Source: Acidobacteriota bacterium
Lineage (GTDB): Bacteria > Acidobacteriota > CAIWXX01
Length of the DNA: 64,000 bases
Assembly: GCA_040755995.1 (NCBI GenBank)
Contig: JBFMAF010000036.1
Span: forward strand, 160,001 to 224,000
Reading direction: 5' to 3'
In this document: positions 20,092-30,530 of the stretch, piece by piece
Position numbering within the stretch: position 1 is the first letter of the stretch
Layout: every line of letters starts with the position of its first letter
Translations under genes and position numbers: made by a program
Notes under the pieces: generated by a model
The model's input: only the letters and a program-made list of their open reading frames with translations
Told to the model about the DNA's origin: nothing
Database searches by the model: none

Positions 20092-20699
20092 GGCTCCTCC
20101 ACGCCTGCCGTCAATTATAGGCGTTGTGGGCTCCCCGAAGGAAACGACCTGCGATGCCACGGTGACCCTGCTACCGAGCCCCTCTTGCAGAGATAGCGGG
20201 ACCGGGGCTCGGTCGATCCGGCTGAAGCCGGGTGGGGGTGGGGCGGTCGCCTTGCAGCATAACTCTCGGCAAGCACACGAGATGACTACGGCGGATGTCG
20301 CGTTTCCAAGCGAGCATTTCCGCTTACGATTGCGGGGCGGACCAATGTGGAGACGTCGGCCCACGTCACCCGCCGTCGATGCGGAGAGCACAAATCCGTG
20401 GGGGCCGACAGCGCGCGATCCTCGGATGTGCCGACCGAGCGGCCGAGCCCGCGCGCCAGGTACGCCGAAGTGATCATTTGCACTGATCACGCCGACGGGG
20501 CGATCGAGTGTTCCTTCACAACATGGCAGATCTCCAAGTGGTTTTCGTTCCACCCATGACCGGGCTTGCCACGCAGGAGCCGGTGTACCAGCCGCCCAAG
20601 ACCGAGCAGCTCCTCGGCCAGGCGACTCCGGGCGAGGTGCTGCGGAACCTGACCCGATACTGAACCCCCCCTACGAGGAGCCGCGGGAACACTGGAGTA

Positions 20700-22925
20700 T
20701 CATCGAGGGGGAACCGCCACGGAGAGTCCCGGGCCGAGGTGCTGCTCGAGGAAGCGCGCCGTGCGCTTCATCAAATCCATCCGGCACTCCTGCCAGTAGG
20801 TGAGTGTGTGATTGGAGCGTGGATAGAACGCCACGTCGAACGTCTTCCCGGACTCGAGCAGCTTCTGGACGAGCCTGACGGTGTCCTGAAATAGCACGTT
20901 GTCGTCCTGCATGCCGTGGATGATCAGGAGAGGGTCGGCGAGGCCGTTCACGTGCGTGATGGGCGATGTCCGTGTGTAGACGTCGGGGAACTCCACCGGA
21001 CGCCCGAGGCGCTGCGCCGTGTAGTCGTCCGTGTAGAGGCGCCAGTCGCTCACCGGCTTCCAGGCAACCCCCGCCTGGAACGCACCCGGGTGCGTGAACA
21101 GCGTCATGAGTGTCAAGAAGCCGCCGTAGCTGGATCCCCATATCCCGATCCGGGCCGGATCGACGAAGGGCAACGAGCGGAGGTACTTCGCGGCGCTCAC
21201 GGCCTCGGCGGAATCCACGATCCCCATCTTCTGATAGTAGCCGTAGTGAAAGTCGCGGCCGTAACCGGCGCTCGCGCGGAAGTCGACTCGCAGGATGACG
21301 AAGCCCAGCTGCTCTGCCATGTACATGTCGAGCAGGTCGTACTGGTGCCATTCGTTCCTGGCGGTGCCCGCATAGACGTTGCTGACCACCGCCGGGTACT
21401 TCTTCGACGGGTCGAGATCCATGGGTTTGAGAAGCAGTCCGCGCAGGATGCAGCCGTCTTCTTCGTTCGCAAACTCGACGTACTCGGGCTCGGGTCTAAC
21501 CACGGACGCAAGTCCGGGAGGCTCGGTCTTCAGCACTACTCGCGGCGCGCCTCCGGACGGATCAAGCAGCAGCAGGTCGGGCGGGTGCAGATATCGCGAG
21601 TACGTCGCGGCGCATCGCCGTCCGTCGTCCGAGACGGCCGGCAGGTAGCTCCCCGGAGCAGTGCTGAGCCTGCGCGGAGCGCCTCCGGCAGGCGGGAGCA
21701 TGCAAACATGCCTTTCGCGCGGGTCCGGCTGCGACGAGGTGAAGACGATTTCGGATCCCTTCGGTGGCACTGTCAGCGAGAGCACGTCCCAGGGACCTTT
21801 CGTCAGCTGCACCGCGGGTCCTCCGGCGGCAGGCACCGAGTAGATGTGCCGGTATCCATCCTTCTCGGATGTGAGAAGGATGCCCGAACCGTCGGGACTC
21901 CAGAGCGCGTCAATGTGCCAGAAGAAAGGATGCTGCTTCTCCTCGTATACCTTCCTGAGCGCCAGCGTGGCTCGATCCGCCACCAGGATGCGCCGGAGCG
22001 AGTAGCTCCCGTCGTTCCAGTTGATCAGAAGCGACTTCGAATCGGGCGACCACGCGAAGCTCCGATTGTACTCAGTCTCGCTGTTATTGAACCAGGCCTC
22101 GCCGCCCCATTCGACCCACCGAATCCTACCGCCGTCTCGACCTACTACACCGAGCATCGTCTCGAAAACCGGCATGCCCGTGTAACTGCGCTTCCAGGGC
22201 GAGGTCTCCGTACGGTCCGGGAGATAGTCGGGAATGACGATGTCTTCGAGGGCCTTGGTGTCCCAGAGCATCAGCGCGATGGCCGATCCATCAGGACTCC
22301 ACTCGTACTCCTGAATGGGCGAGACCGCGGGGTAGGCTGAGACCGGCTTGTTCGCGCTGAGCGCCGTCAGCTGGCGCGTGCCGCCTGTGCGAAGATCGAC
22401 CGTCCACAGATTCTGCGATCGTACGAACGAAAGCAGCGTCCCATCGGGAGAATACCGCAGGTCTGACTCGGACGTCTGCGAGCGGACGATCTCGCGGACG
22501 GGGTCGCGGCCCGCAGAACCGATCATGAACAGATCACCGTGCAGGACAAAAGCCAGGCTGCGCGAATCCGGAGACCATACGAACTCAGAGATGCCGCGGT
22601 CGTAGGCCTCCTCCTCTGCCTGTTGCTCCGGCGTCTTGACATCGCCTTCCGTCTGGATGCGTGCCATGGTCTTCACGTCAGTCAGGCGCCGTACGTTCCC
22701 ATCGACGGCCCGGACGAGATATATGTCCCGAAATCTCTCACCCTGCGCGTTCCAAAGAAAGGCGAGCGTGGTCGAATCCGGAGACCAAGATAGCGCCGAT
22801 GGCGCGGTTCCGTAAATGTTCGGATAGGCGAACAGCCGGTCGAGCGAGTAGTCCTTCTCTGCGAACGCAGGCGTTCCCAGGAAGAACGAGAACAAGATAG
22901 TTGCGGCACATGTGTTCTTTCTCAT
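20700..22925 (-). CDS. Secreted S9 family (dipeptidyl-peptidase IV-like) serine peptidase
   Basis: Signal peptide; WSPD beta-propeller repeats; GIWGSSYGG nucleophile, HGMQDDNV, YPRSNH. Confidence 0.92.
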   Translation of the reverse strand: MRKNTCAATILFSFFLGTPAFAEKDYSLDRLFAYPNIYGTAPSALSWSPDSTTLAFLWNAQGERFRDIYLVRAVDGNVRRLTDVKTMARIQTEGDVKTPEQQAEEEAYDRGISEFVWSPDSRSLAFVLHGDLFMIGSAGRDPVREIVRSQTSESDLRYSPDGTLLSFVRSQNLWTVDLRTGGTRQLTALSANKPVSAYPAVSPIQEYEWSPDGSAIALMLWDTKALEDIVIPDYLPDRTETSPWKRSYTGMPVFETMLGVVGRDGGRIRWVEWGGEAWFNNSETEYNRSFAWSPDSKSLLINWNDGSYSLRRILVADRATLALRKVYEEKQHPFFWHIDALWSPDGSGILLTSEKDGYRHIYSVPAAGGPAVQLTKGPWDVLSLTVPPKGSEIVFTSSQPDPRERHVCMLPPAGGAPRRLSTAPGSYLPAVSDDGRRCAATYSRYLHPPDLLLLDPSGGAPRVVLKTEPPGLASVVRPEPEYVEFANEEDGCILRGLLLKPMDLDPSKKYPAVVSNVYAGTARNEWHQYDLLDMYMAEQLGFVILRVDFRASAGYGRDFHYGYYQKMGIVDSAEAVSAAKYLRSLPFVDPARIGIWGSSYGGFLTLMTLFTHPGAFQAGVAWKPVSDWRLYTDDYTAQRLGRPVEFPDVYTRTSPITHVNGLADPLLIIHGMQDDNVLFQDTVRLVQKLLESGKTFDVAFYPRSNHTLTYWQECRMDLMKRTARFLEQHLGPGLSVAVPPR

Positions 22926-23134
22926 CTAGTGGCGCTCCAGCCGTTGTAGTAGGTGCTCATCGTGGGTCGCGGTGGCTCCCGTTGGGGAGGGCTCGACTCG
23001 ATCGCAACAATATCCTAGCCTCAAGTTCAACTGAGCTGTGGGATTCTCACACAACACGCGGTAGTACGGCAACATCGCAGGCATCGCAGCATCGCAGGCG
23101 CAGGCAGGCCAGCGTCGTCGTCCGGGCGCTTTTC

Positions 23135-23143
23135 TGTTACAAT
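23135..23143 (+). promoter_or_regulatory. Extended -10 (TGnTACAAT)
   Basis: TGTTACAAT just upstream of the spermidine-synthase fusion gene. Confidence 0.5.
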
Positions 23144-23165
23144 CTCGCGCCGTGTGAGAATCGGG

Positions 23166-25676
23166 ATGAAGTCTCGAGTTCAGCCCGTCTACGTCCTGTT
23201 CGTGGTCTCGGGCTTCTGCGCCCTCGTGTACGAGACGATCTGGCTGCGGATCTTCGCGATCTACTGCGGCAACACCACGTTTGCCGTCACGGCTGTCCTT
23301 ACGGCGTTCATGGCCGGGCTGGGCATCGGAAGCTACCTCATCGGCAAGCTGGTTGACCGTTCGCCGCAGCCGCTGCGCGTGTACGCCTTGATGGAGTTCC
23401 TGATCGCCGTCTACGCCTGGCTGCTGCCGCACTTGACGGCCCAGCTCAAACCTTCTTTCGGGTTCCTCACCAACAGCCTTCAGAACTACTTCTTCCCGAT
23501 GAATCTCGGCCGCTTCGCGCTGGTGCTCGTGCTGCTCCTCTTTCCCACCGCGATGATGGGCGGCACGCTGCCGGCGCTTGTGAAGGCGCTGGGGGGTGAG
23601 CGAGGACAGACGGCAAGCAGGCTGGCCGTCTTGTATGCGATGAACACTCTCGGAGGTGCTCTGGGCACTGGAGTTGCCGGTTTCTACATGATCGGCTCGC
23701 TGGGGCTGGAGAGAACACAGCGGTGGGCAATCCTGATCAACTTCGCGGTGGCTGCCGGCGCCTACCTGATGTCACGGCTCAGCGACTACTCCAGCGCCAG
23801 TGTCCCCCCGATGCAGCTCGCTCCTCCAACCAGGCCGCCGCAGAATTTCCTGCTGGTCTGTTTCGGGCTTGCCGGGTTCGCCGCGTTGGCCTATGAGGTC
23901 GTCTCCCTCCGGTTGCTCCTCTTTCTGCTCCCTTACGGATACAACAACGTCTACGTGTTCTCCACGGTTCTGGTCACATTCCTCTTCGGCATTTTTGCCG
24001 GCAGCATCCTCGTGGCCAGGTACATCGAATCCCTGCGCGACCCGTTGCGCACGGCTGGAGTCATCCAGATCGCACTCGCCTTGAGCACCGGCCTCTCGCT
24101 GCCTGTGCTGGCGCTCCTGCTGAAGGTGGCGCCGGCGGGCGAGGCCGTCCCGGAGTTCTCGACGCGCGCGTTCTACTCGTTTCTGTTCTCCTTCCTGGTA
24201 CTGCTGCCGCCCACCGCCCTGATGGGTGCCGCCCTCCCTGTTTACGGGCGGCTCGGCATGGCCAACTACGCACGCCTGGGCACAGACGTCGGCCGGATCT
24301 ACGCGGCCAACACCTTCGGCAACATCGCCGGGGCTTTTCTCGGCGGGTTCGTCCTGATCCCGTTCCTGGGTCTTCAGAAGTCGTTCGCGCTGATCCTGCT
24401 TGTCTACATGTTCGTAGGCGTGTCACTGTACGGAGCTGCTGAGCCACCCGGGAAGCAGCGCAGGTACAAGCGATACGCCCTGGCCATCTCTCTGGCTGCC
24501 ATACTGGTGGTCCTGATTCTGCCATTCTCGCGCCTCGCCGAGCCCGAGCCCCCGTACAAGCTGCTGCACTACTCCGAGGGAATCAGCTCGACTCTGATGG
24601 TCCTGCAACAGGGTCCGGATTGCGTGCTCCAGATCAACGACTTCGTCGCGGCCGGGACCGATTATGAGCACCTGCGCAACCAGCGAATGATGGCCTATCT
24701 GCCCTTGCTGCTCCACAAGGATCCCAGGAATGCGCTAGTGATATGCCTCGGCACGGGAACAACCGCAGGTGCGCTCGCCCTGTATCCGCCGATGACGAGA
24801 ATCACGGTGGTCGAGATCGACGAGCAGGTTCCCGACGCGCTCAACTACTTCTCCAAGGCCAACTTCAGCCTGCGGCTCTCGCGCAAGGCGAAGGTGGTGG
24901 TCGAGGACGGACGCGCATTCATGGAGTTCGACCCGGGGCGATACGACATCATCACCGGCGAGCCCCTCCACCCCAAGCGCGCAGGAACCGTGAATCTGTA
25001 TACCAGCGAGTATTACAAGCACGGCCTGGATCATCTGGCCGATGGCGGCATCTTCGCCCAGTGGCTCCCCGATCACGCGCTGACCCGGTCCGAGTTCTGC
25101 TCGATAATGAAAGCATTCGGCGACGTCTTCCCCCACTGCTACCTCTGGATGGGCGAGCAGCTGGTGATGCTCGGCACGCGCCAGCCCTTGCGGCCTGATT
25201 TCGAGCAGGTGGTTGCGAGGTCGCAGATGGAGGAGGTCCGGGCAGGGCTTTATGAGATCGACTTCGACGATCCGATCATCGTGCTGTGCGGCTTCCTGGC
25301 TTGGGACGACAACTTCCGCAGCTATGCCGCCCAGGCCAGGCAGCTCACCGACGACCTGCCCTGGATCGAGTTCTCGCGCGACCTGGAGAACCACAACCTG
25401 ATCCGCGACATCTTCTCTCGGCGCGCGAGCTTCCTGCCCATGGTCAATGGGCTTGATGCGAGCTCCGAGGAGTTCGCCGCCGCCTACGCGAGCCAGGTGC
25501 GATACGGTGCCGCCATCGCGGCCCTGCTGGACGGCCAGCTCCCTGCTGCGATCGCAGGGTTTGAAGAGAGCCTGCGGCTCAGGCCCGACCGGCGCGCCGA
25601 GCGCTGGCTCCGGACCGCCCGCGCGATGCTCGCCCAGAGCCGCTCGCAGGCTCCCGCACTACAGGGCCACCCGTAG
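23166..25676 (+). CDS. Fused multi-TM (MFS-like)/spermidine synthase-like protein
   Basis: SGFCALVYE.IW.R, FMAGLGIGS, PTAMMGGTLP, LYAMNTLG (duplicated TM unit); ICLGTGTT, VEID, EDGR, YDII, NLYTSEYY. Confidence 0.9.
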   Translation: MKSRVQPVYVLFVVSGFCALVYETIWLRIFAIYCGNTTFAVTAVLTAFMAGLGIGSYLIGKLVDRSPQPLRVYALMEFLIAVYAWLLPHLTAQLKPSFGFLTNSLQNYFFPMNLGRFALVLVLLLFPTAMMGGTLPALVKALGGERGQTASRLAVLYAMNTLGGALGTGVAGFYMIGSLGLERTQRWAILINFAVAAGAYLMSRLSDYSSASVPPMQLAPPTRPPQNFLLVCFGLAGFAALAYEVVSLRLLLFLLPYGYNNVYVFSTVLVTFLFGIFAGSILVARYIESLRDPLRTAGVIQIALALSTGLSLPVLALLLKVAPAGEAVPEFSTRAFYSFLFSFLVLLPPTALMGAALPVYGRLGMANYARLGTDVGRIYAANTFGNIAGAFLGGFVLIPFLGLQKSFALILLVYMFVGVSLYGAAEPPGKQRRYKRYALAISLAAILVVLILPFSRLAEPEPPYKLLHYSEGISSTLMVLQQGPDCVLQINDFVAAGTDYEHLRNQRMMAYLPLLLHKDPRNALVICLGTGTTAGALALYPPMTRITVVEIDEQVPDALNYFSKANFSLRLSRKAKVVVEDGRAFMEFDPGRYDIITGEPLHPKRAGTVNLYTSEYYKHGLDHLADGGIFAQWLPDHALTRSEFCSIMKAFGDVFPHCYLWMGEQLVMLGTRQPLRPDFEQVVARSQMEEVRAGLYEIDFDDPIIVLCGFLAWDDNFRSYAAQARQLTDDLPWIEFSRDLENHNLIRDIFSRRASFLPMVNGLDASSEEFAAAYASQVRYGAAIAALLDGQLPAAIAGFEESLRLRPDRRAERWLRTARAMLAQSRSQAPALQGHP

Positions 25677-25728
25677 CGGGGCGAAGGGCGGCGACGCTTC
25701 TCAGGTCGAGAGGACGCGCCTCGCGCCC

Positions 25729-26013
25729 CTACTCTTGCTGCGGCTGGAATCCGATGCGCTTCTGCAGTGCGTCCGGCAGGTTGGCAAGGATTCGGGTGTG
25801 TTCGTTCAGTGTGGCGATCACCTGGTCGAGCTTGACTTCGACAACGTCCATTCGCCTGACGAGCTGCAGCCATTCCTTGCGCAACTCGGCCATCTCTGCA
25901 TCATGCTCGGCATGGCGCTTCACGGACCACGCCTGGAGCGTGAGGAGCTCCGACATCTGTCTCTCTATCGTGGTCTGCCATGTGCGGGGGCGACCGTTCT
26001 TGCGTGATGGCAT
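25729..26013 (-). CDS. Small coiled-coil hypothetical protein
   Basis: AGGAGG RBS before ATG 26013; heptad-like sequence ending LPDALQKRIGFQPQQE. Confidence 0.6.
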   Translation of the reverse strand: MPSRKNGRPRTWQTTIERQMSELLTLQAWSVKRHAEHDAEMAELRKEWLQLVRRMDVVEVKLDQVIATLNEHTRILANLPDALQKRIGFQPQQE

Positions 26014-26218
26014 CGTGGCCTCCTGCCCAGAGTATAGCCCACATCGACTCTCCGGACCAGAGTCTTCGAGGCGAAGGAGGCGAAGAAGGGGTAGCGATTC
26101 CACGGCCAAGACACCGAAGCTCCGCGTTTGAAAACGCGTAACCAGTCAACTATAGTGCTCGGTCTTGAGAGGCGAGGCAGTGAGCACAACGGGTGATACG
26201 ATCCAGCATCGCGCGCCG

Positions 26219-26962
26219 ATGGTGATCCTCAGGGAGGTCGTCAAGACCTACGACGGCAAGGTGCGGCTGACAGTCCTGGACGCCATCAATCTCACCATCG
26301 AGGAAGGAGAGATGGTCGCCGTCATGGGGCCGTCGGGGTCCGGCAAGTCGACACTCCTGAACCTCATGGGCGGGCTCGACGTGCCGACGTCGGGATCCGT
26401 GGTTGTAGCGGGCACCGACCTGGCCCGCGAATCCGAAGAGGGCCGATCCCTGTTCCGGCGCAACACGGTTTCGTACGTCTTCCAGGCCTATCATCTCATG
26501 CCCACACTCACCGCCTCCCAGAACGTGGCTCTACCGCTGCATCTCTCCGGCCTTGCCCGCGGCGAGATTGCCCAGCGCGTGCGCCAGGCGCTGGAGGAAG
26601 TCGGGCTCACTGAGCGCGCGGATCATCTCCCGGACGAGCTGTCCGGCGGCGAACGCCAGCGCGTAGCAATAGCACGCGCTGTGGTCACACGCCCGCGCCT
26701 GCTGCTCGCCGACGAGCCCACCGGCAACCTCGACTCCGCGCGCGGCGAGGAGATCCTCCAGGTGCTCGCAAACATCCACAGAAAACACGGTGCGACGATC
26801 GTCATGGTCACGCACGACAGCGGAGCCGCCACGCACTGCAGGCGGATCATTCGCCTGCGGGACGGGCGCATCGCCGGGGAGGAACGGAGAAACGGAGAAA
26901 CGGAGAAACGGAGAAACGGGGAAGCGGGGAAACGGAGAGACGGAGACGCGGTGACGCGCTGA
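26219..26962 (+). CDS. ABC transporter ATP-binding protein (LolD/MacB-like)
   Basis: GPSGSGKST, LSGGERQRVAIARA, LLADEPTGNLD, VTHD; start uncertain (26165-26219). Confidence 0.93.
   Translation: MVILREVVKTYDGKVRLTVLDAINLTIEEGEMVAVMGPSGSGKSTLLNLMGGLDVPTSGSVVVAGTDLARESEEGRSLFRRNTVSYVFQAYHLMPTLTASQNVALPLHLSGLARGEIAQRVRQALEEVGLTERADHLPDELSGGERQRVAIARAVVTRPRLLLADEPTGNLDSARGEEILQVLANIHRKHGATIVMVTHDSGAATHCRRIIRLRDGRIAGEERRNGETEKRRNGEAGKRRDGDAVTR
26883..26962 (+). repeat. Degenerate 8-bp tandem repeat, ten units
   Basis: AACGGAGA x4, AACGGGGA, AGCGGGGA, AACGGAGA, GACGGAGA, CGCGGTGA, CGCGCTGA. Confidence 0.85.
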
Positions 26963-27032
26963 TGAGGCGGGAAACGGCCGTTCGCGAGTACGACAGCCGC
27001 GAGGATGCCGGCATGCTGCAGCGGGGGCGCCG

Positions 27033-29585
27033 GTGAGGTTTCTCCTGAGAACGCTTTCGCTGAGCTACCTGAGGCTTCATCTCGCCAAGACGCTCCTGAC
27101 GCTGCTTGGCGTTGCGGTGGGGGTCTCGACCCTCGTGTCGATCCAGTCGGCCGAGACGGCGCTGATGCGAGGGCTGCGCAATACCGTCGACCGCATCGCC
27201 GGCAAGGCGCAGCTGCAGGTCGTCTGCGACGGTGGAGTCCCCGAGGAGGCCCAGGACCGGATCCGCGATGTCCCGGGTGTGGTCGCAGTTGCGCCGGTGA
27301 TCGAACAGGTCGTCGTGGCCGAAGGGCCTGCCTCCGGCAGCCTGCTGATTCTCGGTGTCGACCTGCTGGGCGATCGCGAGATGCGAGAGTACGGCTTCGA
27401 GGGCGACGACGCGGACATCGACGACCCGCTCCTGTTCCTGGCGCAGCCGGACTCGATCGCCCTGTGCACGACCTACGCGCGGCGCGCGGGGCTCCGTAAA
27501 GACAGCTCGCTGACGCTCCGCATCTCCAACGGCACCAAGCGCGTCGTGGTCCGAGGCCTGATGCGCCCGAGCGGATTCACCGAGGCCTTCGCGGGCAACG
27601 TCGCCGTGACCGACGTTTACGCTGCACAGCTTCTGTTCGGGCGCGGGCGGCGATTCGATCGTGTCGAGGTGCGATTGGAGGAGGGGGTGTCGCTGGAGGA
27701 GGGCACGAGGCGCCTGGCGGCGGCCCTCGGCCCCGGCTATCGAATGGAGACTCCCGAGCGGCGGAGCGCGCAGATGGAGAGGATCATTGAGAACTTCGTG
27801 GCGGGATTCAACGTCACGAGCACGTTCGCTCTGGCGATCGGCGTCTTCCTCATTTTCAACGCGTTCACGGTGGCGGTTACGAGGAGGCGGCGCGACATCG
27901 GCATACTGCGTGCGCTCGGCGCTACACCTCGCCAGGTTCAGGCGCTTTTCCTCATGGAAGCCGCGATCCTGGGAGTTGCCGGCGGTGTCGTGGGTTTGGC
28001 TGGCGGGGCAGCGGCTTCCGGCTTGTCGCTTCGCGCGATGAGCGACCCCGTGCAGAATATTTACGGCCTGACCGAGGGTGCCTCGACTCATGTCGACGGC
28101 CGGCTGGTGGTGCTTGCCCTGACGCTCGGGATCGTGGCTTCGCTGCTCGGAGCCTGGGCGCCCGCACGGAATGCATCGCGAATCGATCCGGTCGAAGCGC
28201 TGGCGAAGGGGACCTACACGGCTCGGGTCCCGCCGCCCACACTCGCGCGCCTCGCCGTGGGCGCGGCCGCGATCGCCGGCGCGATCCTCGTGGCTGTCTT
28301 CCGGCCGCTCACCGGACTCCCCATGGTGGTCAGCGTCATCCTTCTGGGCTTCCTGAGCGCGCTGCTTCTGGTGGGACCCGTATCCTCGCGGTTGGTGCGT
28401 CTGCTTGCGCCTGCCATCAGCCGCCTTTCACCTGTTTCCGGACGTCTCGCTTCTGACTCCTTGCTGGGCAATCCCCGGCGGACGGCCGGCACCGTCATCG
28501 CCATCGCGGCCTCGCTCGCCTTCGTCCTTGGCCTGAGCGGCTACATGGACGCGACACGCCTGGCGCTCTACCGGTGGATCGACAACGTGATCACCTCGGA
28601 CATCTACGTGCGCAGCTCTGCCAAGCTGCTGCGGCCGGATTTCCGGTTCGGGCCGGAGCTGCGCGACGAGCTGCTGGCGATCCCGGGGGTGCGCGCGGTG
28701 GAGAGTTTCCGGTCGGAGCGCGTGTCGTTTCGCGGCGTGGACATCGTCGTGGCCAGCATCGAAATCGAAGGGATGATGCGGCGGACGAAGCACGAGTTTC
28801 TGGAGGGGAACGCGGAGACCTTCGAGCGTGGACTGGTTCGTGAAGGCAAGTGCGCTGTCTCCGACAACTTCTATGGGCTCTATCGCCTGGGCATGGGTGA
28901 TGTTCTCGAGCTGCCAACGCCGAATGGGTTGGTCGGCCTTCCAATCGCTGCGGTTTTCACTGACTACACATCCGATCGCGGTACGGTCTTCATCGACCGG
29001 GCCACTTTCACGAAGCTGTGGAACGACGACCGGGTCGACACGTACGATGTGAACCTGCTGGCGGGCGCCCGTCGCGACCAGGTGATGCGTGACATCCGCC
29101 GGAGGATCGGCGACCGATTCCCCGCGCTGATCTCGACCAGGGAGGAGTTCACGGCCGAGATCCGGCGGGCGCTCGACGCGTTCTTCGCGCTCACGCGCAC
29201 GACCCTGATGACCGCGATACTCGTGGCCTTCATCGGCATCGTCACGTCGCTGCTGATTTCGGTAATGGAGCGGACGCGCGAGTTCGGCATCCTGAAGTCG
29301 CTGGGGGCGGTCAGGCAGCAGGTCCGAAGGAGTGTCGTGATCGAAGCCCTGGTGGTGGGCCTGACAGGCCTGATAATCGCCGTGCCGATGGGCCAGCTGC
29401 TCACCGTTTTCAACACCACTACGGTCGCCGAGACGTTCGCCGGTTGGAGGATGCCCGTGCGCTATCCGTTCACCGCCCTCATCCAGATCCTCGTCGCCCT
29501 GCCATTGGTCTCCGCCGCAGCGGCCTGGCTGCCCGTCCGCCAGGCGCTTTCAATCAAGGTCACCGAAGCTATCTCGTACGAGTGA
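27033..29585 (+). CDS. ABC transporter permease, double FtsX/MacB-type
   Basis: LLTLLGVAVGV, RRRDIGILRALGA, ERTREFGILKSLGA; two periplasmic domains. Confidence 0.9.
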   Translation: MRFLLRTLSLSYLRLHLAKTLLTLLGVAVGVSTLVSIQSAETALMRGLRNTVDRIAGKAQLQVVCDGGVPEEAQDRIRDVPGVVAVAPVIEQVVVAEGPASGSLLILGVDLLGDREMREYGFEGDDADIDDPLLFLAQPDSIALCTTYARRAGLRKDSSLTLRISNGTKRVVVRGLMRPSGFTEAFAGNVAVTDVYAAQLLFGRGRRFDRVEVRLEEGVSLEEGTRRLAAALGPGYRMETPERRSAQMERIIENFVAGFNVTSTFALAIGVFLIFNAFTVAVTRRRRDIGILRALGATPRQVQALFLMEAAILGVAGGVVGLAGGAAASGLSLRAMSDPVQNIYGLTEGASTHVDGRLVVLALTLGIVASLLGAWAPARNASRIDPVEALAKGTYTARVPPPTLARLAVGAAAIAGAILVAVFRPLTGLPMVVSVILLGFLSALLLVGPVSSRLVRLLAPAISRLSPVSGRLASDSLLGNPRRTAGTVIAIAASLAFVLGLSGYMDATRLALYRWIDNVITSDIYVRSSAKLLRPDFRFGPELRDELLAIPGVRAVESFRSERVSFRGVDIVVASIEIEGMMRRTKHEFLEGNAETFERGLVREGKCAVSDNFYGLYRLGMGDVLELPTPNGLVGLPIAAVFTDYTSDRGTVFIDRATFTKLWNDDRVDTYDVNLLAGARRDQVMRDIRRRIGDRFPALISTREEFTAEIRRALDAFFALTRTTLMTAILVAFIGIVTSLLISVMERTREFGILKSLGAVRQQVRRSVVIEALVVGLTGLIIAVPMGQLLTVFNTTTVAETFAGWRMPVRYPFTALIQILVALPLVSAAAAWLPVRQALSIKVTEAISYE

Positions 29586-29600
29586 GTATCGAGCCTGTAA

Positions 29601-30530
29601 ATGGACGCCATTCGACTCTCGAATGTCAGCAAGACCTTCGACGGCCTCCGCGCCGTCGCCGATCTTTCGATGTCTGTTCCGGAGGGTTCGCTCTTCGGCC
29701 TTCTGGGTCCAAACGGCGCAGGCAAGACGACCACCATACGCATGATCCTCTCGATCATCCTCCCCGACGCGGGCTCGATCGCGGTGCTGGGGAAGCCGGC
29801 CGGCCAGGATGTGAACAAGTTCATCGGATATCTGCCGGAAGAGCGAGGCCTTTATCGGAAGATGAAAGTGGGCGACATGCTGATGTTCATGGCCGAGCTC
29901 AAAGGAGTCGACAAGGCCGCGGGGCGGCGAGGGATAGATCACTGGCTGGAGCGCCTCGACCTGCTGAGCTGGAAGAAGCGAAGGGTCGAGGAGCTGAGCA
30001 AGGGGATGCAGCAGAAGCTGCAGTTCATCGCCACGATCCTCCACCAGCCCCGGCTGATGATTCTGGACGAACCGTTCAGCGGCCTTGATCCGATCAACGT
30101 CAACCTGCTGAAAGAGATCGTGCTGGAGATGAGCCGCGGAGGATGCACGGTGATATTCTCGACGCATCGGATGGAGCAGGTGGAGCAGATGTGCGATGCG
30201 ATCTGCCTCATCAACAAGGCCCAGCTGGTGCTGCACGGGGACCCGAAGAGCATCCGGCGCGAATACGGGAAGAACACGGTAGTGGTGGACTTCGAGGGAG
30301 CGCCGGACTCGATCTTGGGGGAATGGCCGGGGGTCGAGAAGTACAACAGCTCGGGGAGATGGGCGGAGGTGCGGTTGAAGCGGGATGCCGACAGCCGCGA
30401 GTACTTGCAGTACCTCGTCCGGCATTTCCGTCTGAATAAGTTCGAGGTGGTCGAGCCGTCGCTCGAAGAGATCTTCATCGAGAAGGTGCGTGCGAGCAAT
30501 GAAGCAGATCTGGACCGTTCTGAAGCGTGA
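29601..30530 (+). CDS. ABC-2 type ATP-binding protein (YhaQ/NatA-like)
   Basis: GPNGAGKTT, GYLPEERGLY, LSKGMQQK, ILDEPFSGLDP, EPSLEEIF. Confidence 0.93.
   Translation: MDAIRLSNVSKTFDGLRAVADLSMSVPEGSLFGLLGPNGAGKTTTIRMILSIILPDAGSIAVLGKPAGQDVNKFIGYLPEERGLYRKMKVGDMLMFMAELKGVDKAAGRRGIDHWLERLDLLSWKKRRVEELSKGMQQKLQFIATILHQPRLMILDEPFSGLDPINVNLLKEIVLEMSRGGCTVIFSTHRMEQVEQMCDAICLINKAQLVLHGDPKSIRREYGKNTVVVDFEGAPDSILGEWPGVEKYNSSGRWAEVRLKRDADSREYLQYLVRHFRLNKFEVVEPSLEEIFIEKVRASNEADLDRSEA

Noticed and set aside
20092..20553. 154-aa N-terminal extension of the oxidoreductase in the ORF track
   Set aside because: A strong RBS and family resemblance begin at ATG 20091; the extension looks non-coding
20556..20663. 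35-aa ORF MTGLATQEPVYQPPKTEQLLG... as a possible RiPP precursor
   Set aside because: No RBS and no modifying enzymes nearby; could be a gene remnant
23073..23112. CATCGCAG-type short repeats in a divergent intergenic region
   Set aside because: Low-complexity and irregular; no supportable function
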